From positions 755,931 through 819,930 of the forward strand of contig CATQHL010000001.1 of assembly GCA_958295925.1 (NCBI GenBank): DNA of 64,000 nucleotides. The letters run 5' to 3'. The notes under the pieces were generated by a model. It made no database searches, was not told the DNA's origin, and worked only from the letters and a program-made list of their open reading frames with translations. The stretch is from an uncultured Acidimicrobiales bacterium (GTDB lineage Bacteria > Actinomycetota > Acidimicrobiia > Acidimicrobiales > CATQHL01). The position numbers and the translations under genes were made by a program. Positions 34,989-43,087 of this stretch are shown here, piece after piece. Numbering within the stretch: position 1 is the stretch's first letter; every line of letters starts with the position of its first letter.

Positions 34989-36665
34989 ATGAGAACCTAC
35001 GACCAGTACCGCCCCACCTGGGACGACCGCAGCGCCTGGAACACGCCCGAGGTTCTGCGCAGAAGGGCCGCTAGCCACGGAGAACGCGTCTACCTTGACG
35101 TCCCCTCCGAGAACCTGACGCTGACCTACTCAGAGACGCTCGCCGTCGCCGAGAGGGCAGCCCGGGGGTTACTGTCGGCAGGGGCCGCGCCGGGCGACCG
35201 TGTGCTGATAATGCTGCCCAACTGCTCGCAATACATCCTGGCGTGGCTGGGATCGTCGCTGGCCGGAATGTCCGAAGTCCCCATCAACACCGCCTACAGG
35301 GGGAGTTTCCTTGAACATCAGGCGCGCACCGTCTCCCCAAGCGTGGCGGTTGTCCACCCCGACTTCGCGCAACGTTTCGCAGAGGGGGCCGAGGCGGTGC
35401 GGACGGTGAGGCGCTTCTATCTGGCGGGGGGCGACGAGGCTGCCCGCTCAGAGGCCGCAGCAACCCTGCTGGACGCCGGGTTTGCCTCCTCGCCCTGGGA
35501 AGACCTTCTGAAGGCCGGGGAGGAGGCCGACGCAAGCCTGCCGGAGGTGCGCCACTGCGACCTTGGGTCGGTCTTCTTCACCTCAGGCACAACCGGGCTC
35601 TCAAAGGGTGTGATGATGCCTCACGCCCACATGTTCCTTTTCGCCGACGAGTGCGTGTCGCTCACCCGTCTGACCGACGCCGACACCTATATGTCGACGG
35701 GACCGCTGTTTCACGGCAACAGCCACTTTCTGGCCGCCTACCCGGCCCTCATAGCCGGCTGCCGCTACGTGCTCAGGGAGCGCTTCAGCGCCAGCGAGTG
35801 GATTGGGCAGGTGCGCGAGAGCCGCGCCACTGTCACCAATTTTGTGGGCGTGATGATGGACTTCGTCTGGCAGCAGCCGCCTCGTGACGACGACAACGAC
35901 AACTGCCTGCGCTGCATTTTTGCCGCCCCCACGGCCTCTTCTTACTTGGCCGAGTTCAAGCGGCGCTTCGGCGTGGAGGCGTTTGTGGAGGTTTTCGGCC
36001 TCACCGAGACCTGCATGCCCATTCTCAGCCCCTACGGGGAGGATCGGCCTTCCGGGGCGGCGGGCCTGGCCAACGCAGACTGGTTCGACGTGCGACTGGT
36101 GAACCCCGAAACCGACGCGGAGGTGCCTACAGGCGAGGTGGGCGAACTGACCGTGCGTGGGCGCTACCCGTGGACGCAGTCCAGCGGCTACTTCAACATG
36201 CCTGCCGAAACGCTGACGGCTTGGCGCAACCTGTGGTGGCACACCGGCGACGGTCTGCGGCGCGACGCTGAAGGCTGGTACTACTTCGTCGACCGCCTGA
36301 AGGACTCCATCCGCCGACGGGGTGAGAACATCAGTTCCTACGAGGTGGAGCAGGCGCTGCTTGCTCACTCGTCGGTCGGGGAGGTGGCGGTGGTGGCGGT
36401 GCCTGCCGACAGCGAGGCGGGTGAGGACGAAGTGCTCGCAGTATTGGTGCCGGAGCCTGGCGAGACTCTCACCGCCGATGATCTCTGGGAATTCGCCGAT
36501 CGCCGACTGCCGTATTTCTGCGTTCCCCGCTACCTGCGATTCGTCGAGTCCCTGCCCAAGACCCCCTCGGAAAAGGTGCGAAAGACTGAACTGCGCCAAG
36601 TCGGGGTGGACGCATCCACGCACGATCGCGGACCTGCCCCCCGACACAGGAGAATTCGACAATGA
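34989..36665 (+). CDS. AMP-dependent acyl-CoA ligase
   Basis: 'FFTSGTTGLSKGVMMPH', 'FGLTE', 'WWHTGDGLRRDAEGWYYFVDRLKDSIRRRGENIS' and 'PKTPSEKVRK'. This is only the C-terminal 558 codons of the 1332-codon ORF 32667..36665. Confidence 0.85.
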   Translation: MRTYDQYRPTWDDRSAWNTPEVLRRRAASHGERVYLDVPSENLTLTYSETLAVAERAARGLLSAGAAPGDRVLIMLPNCSQYILAWLGSSLAGMSEVPINTAYRGSFLEHQARTVSPSVAVVHPDFAQRFAEGAEAVRTVRRFYLAGGDEAARSEAAATLLDAGFASSPWEDLLKAGEEADASLPEVRHCDLGSVFFTSGTTGLSKGVMMPHAHMFLFADECVSLTRLTDADTYMSTGPLFHGNSHFLAAYPALIAGCRYVLRERFSASEWIGQVRESRATVTNFVGVMMDFVWQQPPRDDDNDNCLRCIFAAPTASSYLAEFKRRFGVEAFVEVFGLTETCMPILSPYGEDRPSGAAGLANADWFDVRLVNPETDAEVPTGEVGELTVRGRYPWTQSSGYFNMPAETLTAWRNLWWHTGDGLRRDAEGWYYFVDRLKDSIRRRGENISSYEVEQALLAHSSVGEVAVVAVPADSEAGEDEVLAVLVPEPGETLTADDLWEFADRRLPYFCVPRYLRFVESLPKTPSEKVRKTELRQVGVDASTHDRGPAPRHRRIRQ

Positions 36666-37513
36666 CCCGACAGGCACTCCAGACCGTCGTCGCATCATCG
36701 CCCACAGGCCGGGGCAGCGTCGTCGCAATGGATTCCGCCTATCACGTTGCGGCGCACAACCAGGGGCGCGACGTGTGCGTTAACTCTTCCTACTGCGGGG
36801 TTCTGCCTGCGCGCTTCATTGCTGAGCACTCCCCGCGGGGAGCCATAGGAATGGACTGCGGCATAGGGCCGGAGGGCTCGGCAATAGCCGGGCTGTGGTA
36901 CCTGGAGGCGCTGGGCATTCCCGCTGCGGTGGCCGACGTGATGACAGCGCACCTCGGCGACGGCGTGCACCTATATGAGAACGGGTTGGTGAGTTTCTGC
37001 AACCAGCCGGCCGCCGACTGCGGGGTGCGTCCGGGAATGAGCGTGCGCGTCGCGGCAGAGGCGATGCTTGAGAACGACCCCGTGCCCGCCTCAGCCTCGG
37101 AAATCACCAACCGAACTGTCATGTACACCGCCCGGGACGGCAGGGAGGTGGTGGCTACCGACTCCATAGCCTTCGCTCTGCCCACCGACGCCGGGCGCAA
37201 TGTTCTCGTGACCGCCGGGCACACCGGGCGCAGCGCCGTGCCGTATCTTCGCAGGGCTTCCCCGGCAGGGTTCGTCTGCTCCGACGGGGGGCGAGGCTTG
37301 GACGACTCCGGTACAGCCGGGCTGTTCATCGTGGAGGATGACGGGCTGGCCGGGGCCACGGTGGACGCCCGGCGGGCCCGCATGGGCAGCGGCCTCTCGC
37401 ACTACCACGACGGCGTCATAAGCGCCTGCAATTCCCTGGCGGCTGCACGCGGGGTGGAAGTGGGCATGCCCTGCCCGCAAGCGGCTCGGCTGATGCTGGA
37501 TTTCTTTCCCTGA
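36662..37513 (+). CDS. uncharacterised internally duplicated protein (paralogue of 28355..29230)
   Basis: The ATG overlaps the ligase stop (ATGA). It shares 'CGVLPARF', 'IAGLWYLEALGIPAA', 'NVLVTAGHTGRS', 'GFVC.DGGRG.DD.G.AGL' and 'RGVEVGMP' with the 291-aa paralogue. Confidence 0.7.
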   Translation: MTRQALQTVVASSPTGRGSVVAMDSAYHVAAHNQGRDVCVNSSYCGVLPARFIAEHSPRGAIGMDCGIGPEGSAIAGLWYLEALGIPAAVADVMTAHLGDGVHLYENGLVSFCNQPAADCGVRPGMSVRVAAEAMLENDPVPASASEITNRTVMYTARDGREVVATDSIAFALPTDAGRNVLVTAGHTGRSAVPYLRRASPAGFVCSDGGRGLDDSGTAGLFIVEDDGLAGATVDARRARMGSGLSHYHDGVISACNSLAAARGVEVGMPCPQAARLMLDFFP

Positions 37514-37637
37514 GGTTCTCGGGAACTGAGAGGGCGTACCATTCCCAAATGCGCCTAGGCACGACTGCGAGCAGCGGACGGACGGGGCGGTTTCAACAGC
37601 CGGGGCAGAGCGCCCCGAACGGGCGCATCGGAAGGCA

Positions 37638-39098
37638 TTGAGCGCTTCCGAGTTCAAGGAACGTGCCGACGTCGTGGTGGTTGGCGGCGGCCCGGGCGGG
37701 TGCGCCGCCGCTTTGACCGCGGCCCGGCTGGGCGCCGAGGTGATCCTTCTCGAAGCCCTTGATCTGGTTGGCGGAAACGCCGCACGCTCCACCGGATACA
37801 TGGCTTTCGCCGACTTCGAAGCCCAGAGAGCGGCGGGCATCGCTGACTCCCCCAGGGGCTACCTGGCTGACATGCAGGCGGAGGTCGCCCGACAGCGGGA
37901 AAGCTACGGGGTGGTTCTCGACGACACCCTGGCCGCCTGCTATGCGGAGGAATCGGCAGCCACCTACCGCTTTCTCGTTGAACTGGGTTTCCGCTTTAAC
38001 CGCTTTGTCCCGCGCCCAGGCCAGCACACCACCGACCGGATGATGGACGTGGCCGACGTGGGAATGTTCTCCCGCTGCTTCGGCTCGGCGCTCCAGGAGG
38101 CGGGGGTGCAGGTTCGCCATCACCGCCGAGCGCGACGCCTGATCACGGAGGGAGGAAGCGTCGTGGGCGTCCGCTGGGCAAGTTCCGAGGAATCGCCTGG
38201 CGCCAAGGAATTGGGGGAGTGCTGCGCAAACTCCGGGGTGATCCTGGCCGCGGGCGGCTACCAGGCAAACTTTCAGCTGCGCTCCCGCTATCAGCCCGGC
38301 CACCTTTCCAACACTCCTTACCTGGGGATTCACACCGACCGTGGAGACGGGCACCTAATGGGGCAGGCCCTCGGCGGGGACCTGATCAACATGACCATGA
38401 TCCCACCGCTGGTGATGGTGGCCTCAGCGTTGGTTGAAAACTCCATCGCTGTGGACGCCTCAGGCAGGCGCTTCCACGACGAGGCCTGCCCCTACGACGA
38501 TCGAGTTCGGGCGCTGGACGAAGCATCCGGGCGCAGGGCCTACTACATCTTCGATGCGGAGACCGCCAAGTCAAGAGCGGACTTGATCGGCCAGATGCCC
38601 CGGCCCGCCGTCAGCGCCCCGACGCTGGAGGGTTTGGCGAGGGAGATCGACTGCGAACCTTCAGCCCTGCGCTCCACCGTCGAGCGCTGGAACGCCACGG
38701 TCGCCTCTGGCTTAAGAACAGATCCCGACTTTGGAAGGATGGTCTTCCCTGCGGAGGGAGCCGGGATCGTCAGGCCGCCTTTCTGGGCATCGCCCATGGT
38801 GGTGGGGATCAACTTCCCCGCGGGCGGGTTCCGGGTCTCACTGAACTGCGGGGTGTTCAACGTCTTCGGAGAGGTCATCCCCGGGCTTTTTGCCGTTGGG
38901 GACTGCGTGGGGGGTATTGCGCCCGCCATCGGGCTCGGCGGCGTGAAGATAAGCAGCGCCGTTACCTTGGGGCGCATTGCCGGCAGGGCTGTCGCAGGAA
39001 AACAGCCGCCCACACCGGCCGAGCCTGCTGTAACAGCGCCAGCAGATGCGACGCCGAGCACCGATGAGCCCTCCCCCCGGATACCCATCGTGGGCTGA
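37638..39098 (+). CDS. FAD-dependent oxidoreductase (fumarate reductase / KstD-like flavoprotein family)
   Basis: 'DVVVVGGGPGGCAAALTAARLGAEVILLE' is the dinucleotide fold. C-terminal 'GLFAVGDCVGG' is the FAD motif. TTG start. Confidence 0.8.
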   Translation: MSASEFKERADVVVVGGGPGGCAAALTAARLGAEVILLEALDLVGGNAARSTGYMAFADFEAQRAAGIADSPRGYLADMQAEVARQRESYGVVLDDTLAACYAEESAATYRFLVELGFRFNRFVPRPGQHTTDRMMDVADVGMFSRCFGSALQEAGVQVRHHRRARRLITEGGSVVGVRWASSEESPGAKELGECCANSGVILAAGGYQANFQLRSRYQPGHLSNTPYLGIHTDRGDGHLMGQALGGDLINMTMIPPLVMVASALVENSIAVDASGRRFHDEACPYDDRVRALDEASGRRAYYIFDAETAKSRADLIGQMPRPAVSAPTLEGLAREIDCEPSALRSTVERWNATVASGLRTDPDFGRMVFPAEGAGIVRPPFWASPMVVGINFPAGGFRVSLNCGVFNVFGEVIPGLFAVGDCVGGIAPAIGLGGVKISSAVTLGRIAGRAVAGKQPPTPAEPAVTAPADATPSTDEPSPRIPIVG

Positions 39099-39119
39099 AG
39101 GCCACTTACTGTAAACCCC

Positions 39120-39320
39120 GTTTAGAGTACTATAAACCCGATTCGCAAACCCCCAGGTCAACGGCTATTTTTTCTACTCTAAAAAGTTTAGAGTAGAAAA
39201 GTGGGAATTTGCATTATGTTTAGACCTGTTTACAGTACTGTAAACTCCAACTCGAAATCCCCAGGTCAGCGGTCAATTTTGCTACTCGCAAAAGTTTATA
39301 GCCAGTTTAGGGCAGGTTAT
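39120..39320. repeat. two ~108-bp imperfect direct repeats rich in GTTTAnAG half-sites and palindromes
   Basis: Unit A starts with GTTTAGAGTACTATAAAC (39120-39137). Unit B starts with the perfect 18-bp palindrome GTTTACAGTACTGTAAAC (39228-39245). CCCCAGGTCA[AG]CGG recurs at 39151 and 39259. A perfect 14-bp-stem hairpin TTTTCTACTCTAAA-AAG-TTTAGAGTAGAAAA lies at 39170-39200. Confidence 0.85.
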
Positions 39321-39323
39321 GGC

Positions 39324-40742
39324 TCAAAGTCTCCGCATCCTCCAGAATGCCCTGGGATCGCTCCTCCCCTTCCCGACCCACTCGATGAGGCCTTGGGCTT
39401 CAAGCTCCCTTAGTCGTCGCAGCACAGCCGGACGGGAAAACCCTGTCATCCCTACAAGATCGCCAGTGCTGAGCCGATCTGCCTGCCGAATCTGCCTCAG
39501 CAACTCCCTTGAGAGGCTGGGCAGCCGATCCAGGAGTTCCCGGTCGATCACAGCGGAGGAGAGCTTCAACCGCACGCTGCCGGCGGTCTGAACATACTCA
39601 GGGTCGGAAAGGCCAGCCGAGCGCATTTCCTCGACAATGCGTCGGATGCCCTCTCCTAGCTCCTGACCAAAACCGAGATCGGAGCAGACCCTTGCGATCC
39701 TCGGGTTGCGGGCAAATCTGTTGATTTGCATGGGGTCACTAGGGTCTGCGACCCCGGGGAAACGCCCCGGGCTAGCGATTTCCACCCGATCATCAAAAAT
39801 TTCCACACGCACATGATCCCCAATCATGTTGTAGGAGCGATGCACCACCGCGTTCACAAGGCCTTCAAGCCAAGCCTCCTCGGGAATGAGCGGAATCTCC
39901 ACAAACCTGCCACCGTTATCGAGGGCGCGCCTAGATGGAATCAGCTCGAGCAGGATTTGACGCGCCTCTTGAAGCATCTTTGGGATGGGGCCTTCTAACC
40001 GAATGTCCTCAATCAGTTGCTGGCGCGACCCTGCACCCCTAACCGTCCCGCGGTAGCGAAGCACTCGCACATACGTCTCGGGCAGCCAAGTCTGCGGGTG
40101 CTTGCAGAAAAGCAGAACCGCCGCTATCGATAGTTCATGCCTGCCGGTCAGAATGCCACGTGCTTGAAGAAGTCGGCGCGGCTCAGGGTGTTTGAGGGTG
40201 GCGGCGTAAGAGGCAAGCAGTTCCTCGTCGAGATCGCCAAAGTCGGCTTCCCCAATCGCCCTGATCTCAAAAGTCGCCTGACCTTTATCAAAAATAAGAT
40301 CCTGTCTGAGGGCAAAGGGCAGCTTTCGATTCTCGTCGCCCACCCTTAGGAACACCTCGTCCTTACGGTTGGCGTGCACCTGCTCGGAAACCTCCACCTC
40401 ACAAACAAGCAGATTGTCCCTTGCTCCCGTCCGATTAAGGCACCCGACCAGTTCGGATTTGCAGCGAACGGGAGGTTCAGTGAAATCAATCTGAGCCTTC
40501 TGCCACTCTGACAGCCTCCTCGAGCCAGCACCGTCCACCCCCTCCACCACCCCCTCACTCAGCCCTACAATCACCGTGCCGCCTTCGGCGTTTGCAAGTC
40601 CAATCAAAGTGTTTGCCAAGTCCCTTGCCTGTATCCGGGCGCTCTTGCGTTCGAACCACTGGCCTTCCGGGATTGTCAGCAGAGCCTCGCCTCTCCCATC
40701 CTCAGCGAGGGCAAGTGCTTGGCCGACTGCTGCGGTGGACAT
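39324..40742 (-). CDS. AlbA_2 (Schlafen-like) + HATPase_c_4-like + C-terminal winged-helix protein
   Basis: 'EGQWFERKSARIQARDLANTLIGLANAEGGTVIVGL' (AlbA_2), 'VNAVVHRSYNMIGDHVRVEIFDDRVEIASPGRFPG' and 'NPRIARVCSDLGFGQELGEGIRRI' (HATPase_c_4-like), 'LSTGDLVGMTGFSRPAVLRRLRELEAQGLIEWVG' (wHTH). Confidence 0.8.
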   Translation of the reverse strand: MSTAAVGQALALAEDGRGEALLTIPEGQWFERKSARIQARDLANTLIGLANAEGGTVIVGLSEGVVEGVDGAGSRRLSEWQKAQIDFTEPPVRCKSELVGCLNRTGARDNLLVCEVEVSEQVHANRKDEVFLRVGDENRKLPFALRQDLIFDKGQATFEIRAIGEADFGDLDEELLASYAATLKHPEPRRLLQARGILTGRHELSIAAVLLFCKHPQTWLPETYVRVLRYRGTVRGAGSRQQLIEDIRLEGPIPKMLQEARQILLELIPSRRALDNGGRFVEIPLIPEEAWLEGLVNAVVHRSYNMIGDHVRVEIFDDRVEIASPGRFPGVADPSDPMQINRFARNPRIARVCSDLGFGQELGEGIRRIVEEMRSAGLSDPEYVQTAGSVRLKLSSAVIDRELLDRLPSLSRELLRQIRQADRLSTGDLVGMTGFSRPAVLRRLRELEAQGLIEWVGKGRSDPRAFWRMRRL

Positions 40743-40775
40743 AGATTTACTATAAACAATTTAAGGTAGAACACG

Positions 40776-40875
40776 ATTGACGCCCCGTCCATTAATGGAA
40801 TCCAGGGGTGTGTCGCCTGCGTGCCACCCAGGACCTCCACAAGCACGGTTGACACCCGGCCCATTAATGGAATCC
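40776..40875. repeat. two 28-bp direct repeats, each containing the palindrome CCATTAATGG, in a divergent intergenic region
   Basis: ATTGACGCCCCGTCCATTAATGGAATCC (40776-40803) and GTTGACACCCGGCCCATTAATGGAATCC (40848-40875), spaced 72 bp. They lie between the AlbA_2/wHTH gene start and the cyclase gene start. Confidence 0.85.
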
Positions 40876-40949
40876 GCCTTCGAACAGGAAGTGGGGCGCC
40901 GCTGGCTATACCCATGGCTGTCTCGACAGCTTGTCTAGGATTTGGTTGA

Positions 40950-42038
40950 ATGGGCCGCCCAATTCTTCGACCCACGCGGCAGCAATTGCGAAATTCCCGG
41001 ATAATGGCCGTCATGCTCGCGGCTGTCTTGGCGGCGGGCTGCTCCCTGGGCGGTGGCGAGCCCCATCTGACGCCCGACCTCCCGCTGCTGCCTCCCACCA
41101 CCGGCTCGGTGGAGGCCGTAATCTCCCTTGCCCCCGAGGACGTTCCGAGCACGACCACCACGACTACAACCGAAGACGGCTCGGCTGCGGACGAATCGGA
41201 TCAGGTCGACCTCGTGCACACCCTCTTTCCCGTGGTCGTCAGACAACTCAATCACGACCCCAGCGCCTACACACAGGGACTGGAGTACTTCGAAGGTCGG
41301 CTTTTTGAGAGCACCGGCGCCCCGTCGGGGCGTTCAAGCACCATTCGGGAACTTGATGCCGCGTCGGGGGGAGCCATGCGCTCGGAGCAAATCGACGATC
41401 TTTACACCGAAGGAATTACTTTCGTGGATGGAAGCCTGATCCAGATCACATGGCGGGACGGCGTGGCCATCGTGAGAGATCCGGATGACTTCAGCGAACT
41501 GACGCGCTACAGCTACGAGGGGGAAGGCTGGGGAATCTGCTACGACGGCAGGCGACTGGTGATGAGCGATGGCAGCGACGAATTGCACTTCCGCGACCCC
41601 GACACTTTCGAGCGGGCAGGAAACCCCGTGTCGGTAACCTTGCGCGGGGAGGCGCTTCCCGCTCTGAACGAGTTGGAGTGTGTAGACGGAAGAGTCTGGG
41701 CAAACGTTTGGAAGACCGACCTGCTGGTAGAGATTGACTTGGTGACTGGCGAGGTCTTGACGCTGATAGACGCCAGTCAACTGGGAAAACCCCGACCCTC
41801 CGACCCCGACTCAGTGCTAAATGGAATCGCCTACAACCCTGAATCCGACACCTTTCTGCTAGCGGGAAAGGACTGGCCCACCATGTTCGAGGTGCGCTTT
41901 CTGCCGATCGATGAGGTAGACGAGGCTGAAGGCGCCGAAAGCGACGAGAGCAACAGGGAAGAAGAGGCAACCGAAGAGGCAACCGAAGAGGAGAACCCCG
42001 AGGTGGACGAATCCACCGAAAGGGACGATTCGAATTAG
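40950..42038 (+). CDS. glutaminyl-peptide cyclotransferase (beta-propeller type), probable lipoprotein with an acidic C-terminal tail
   Basis: 'HDPSAYTQGLEYFEGRLFESTGAPSGRSSTIRELD', 'WGICYDG', 'LNELECVDGRVWANVW' and 'LNGIAYNPESDTFLLAGKDWP'. Signal plus 'LAAGC' lipobox-like sequence. Confidence 0.8.
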   Translation: MGRPILRPTRQQLRNSRIMAVMLAAVLAAGCSLGGGEPHLTPDLPLLPPTTGSVEAVISLAPEDVPSTTTTTTTEDGSAADESDQVDLVHTLFPVVVRQLNHDPSAYTQGLEYFEGRLFESTGAPSGRSSTIRELDAASGGAMRSEQIDDLYTEGITFVDGSLIQITWRDGVAIVRDPDDFSELTRYSYEGEGWGICYDGRRLVMSDGSDELHFRDPDTFERAGNPVSVTLRGEALPALNELECVDGRVWANVWKTDLLVEIDLVTGEVLTLIDASQLGKPRPSDPDSVLNGIAYNPESDTFLLAGKDWPTMFEVRFLPIDEVDEAEGAESDESNREEEATEEATEEENPEVDESTERDDSN

Positions 42039-42091
42039 AAAGTCAAACCAGGACAGGAGCCAGATAATCCGCTAAGTCCGCCAGTCGGAAA

Positions 42092-43087
42092 TCAGGCAAG
42101 CGGAAAGCCGACCTTGTCCGCAATCCGTTTGGCAAGATCTCGAAAGTCCCGATAACAGCCCAGGACTGAGCTTTGATGCCCGCCGAAAGCCCCGTCGGCA
42201 GGGGTCAGCTTAAACATCGGCTTCCTCGATTCCTGCGCCATTGGCATGAGCGAACGATAATCCTTCAGGTGAGCAAGAAAATGAGGGTCGTCATCAAAAT
42301 CATCAAGATCATTCGCCCCGGTGTCAAGGACGGATTTTGCGTATTCGGCCGGCATCCTCCCCATCCAACGAGCGTAAGCCAGCACAGGGCGGTCCCTCCT
42401 GATGGAATGGCGCATCAATATGTATCCGATGGGTTCGATGTTCCCCTCAGGCAGGGACTTCATTGATGAGGGGGCCTTGCTTAGCATTTCGGACCAGTTC
42501 TTGCGCCATTCTCTTATGGTCGGACCTAGATTCTGCAGCCCCTGCAGCGAAAACAAGTCAGGGCCTAGAGGCACAGCGAAGTATGAGGCCGTAATGAGCG
42601 CCGCACGGTTGATGGCACCCAGGTTAGGACCTACATCCACCAGCGTCAGATCGGCTCCAAAGTCGGCCACAGCCTCCTCGATACTTCGGTGAAACGCCGA
42701 CATGACGCGAAACGACCTCTCGTAGCCTCCGAAGCACTTCGGCCATGACTCCGACAAGGCGTCCTCGAACTTGGACAAACCGATGTCGCCGGGCAGCAGC
42801 CCGATACCATCGTCGCACTCAACGGCATTGATACTGTTCACGTCTCCCGTCCCTGTAATCAATGGTTGGACGACGCCCAGGATGGACCTGCGCTCTGCCG
42901 GCTCGTCCTGCCAGATTTCCTCCAACTTGTCGTCATCTAGGAACATGCCTGTCAAATTCGCCTGAGGATCGAGGTCAACCGCCAGCACGCGTTTACCTTT
43001 ATCCGCATACATCCAGGCAAGGTGATAAACAAGGGAAGTCTTACCAACACCTCCCTTGTTGTTGAAGAAAGCGATTACAGGCCTCAT
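42092..43087 (-). CDS. ParA/Soj-like deviant Walker-A ATPase with a long C-terminal extension
   Basis: 'VIAFFNNKGGVGKTSLVYHLA' and 'VLAVDLDPQANLT'. The ATG overlaps the stop of the upstream AlbA_2 gene (ATGA). No parB-like gene is adjacent. Confidence 0.8.
   Translation of the reverse strand: MRPVIAFFNNKGGVGKTSLVYHLAWMYADKGKRVLAVDLDPQANLTGMFLDDDKLEEIWQDEPAERRSILGVVQPLITGTGDVNSINAVECDDGIGLLPGDIGLSKFEDALSESWPKCFGGYERSFRVMSAFHRSIEEAVADFGADLTLVDVGPNLGAINRAALITASYFAVPLGPDLFSLQGLQNLGPTIREWRKNWSEMLSKAPSSMKSLPEGNIEPIGYILMRHSIRRDRPVLAYARWMGRMPAEYAKSVLDTGANDLDDFDDDPHFLAHLKDYRSLMPMAQESRKPMFKLTPADGAFGGHQSSVLGCYRDFRDLAKRIADKVGFPLA

Noticed and set aside
32667-36665. A 1332-codon ORF, the longest plus-strand ORF in this part of the window
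   Set aside because: Only the last 558 codons (from ATG 34989) look like a protein, an AMP-dependent ligase. The first ~770 codons are Arg/Gly/Pro-rich and run antisense or out of frame across a real acyl-CoA dehydrogenase gene and a crotonase gene. This is a typical high-GC open-frame artefact.
39170-39200. The 14-bp-stem hairpin as an intrinsic terminator for the flanking convergent genes
   Set aside because: No U-tract follows it on either strand, and it is embedded in a larger repeat architecture. It is treated as part of the repeat array instead.
39228-39245. The palindrome GTTTACAGTACTGTAAAC as a possible SOS/LexA box
   Set aside because: The half-site order (ACAG..CTGT) is inverted relative to the E. 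coli CTGT-N8-ACAG box. It also does not fit the Gram-positive GAAC-N4-GTTC box. No DNA-damage genes are adjacent.
39201-39413. A 70-codon ORF inside the repeat region
   Set aside because: It starts inside the palindromic array and runs antisense into the 3' end of the AlbA_2 gene. It has no ribosome-binding site, and its composition changes with the underlying DNA.
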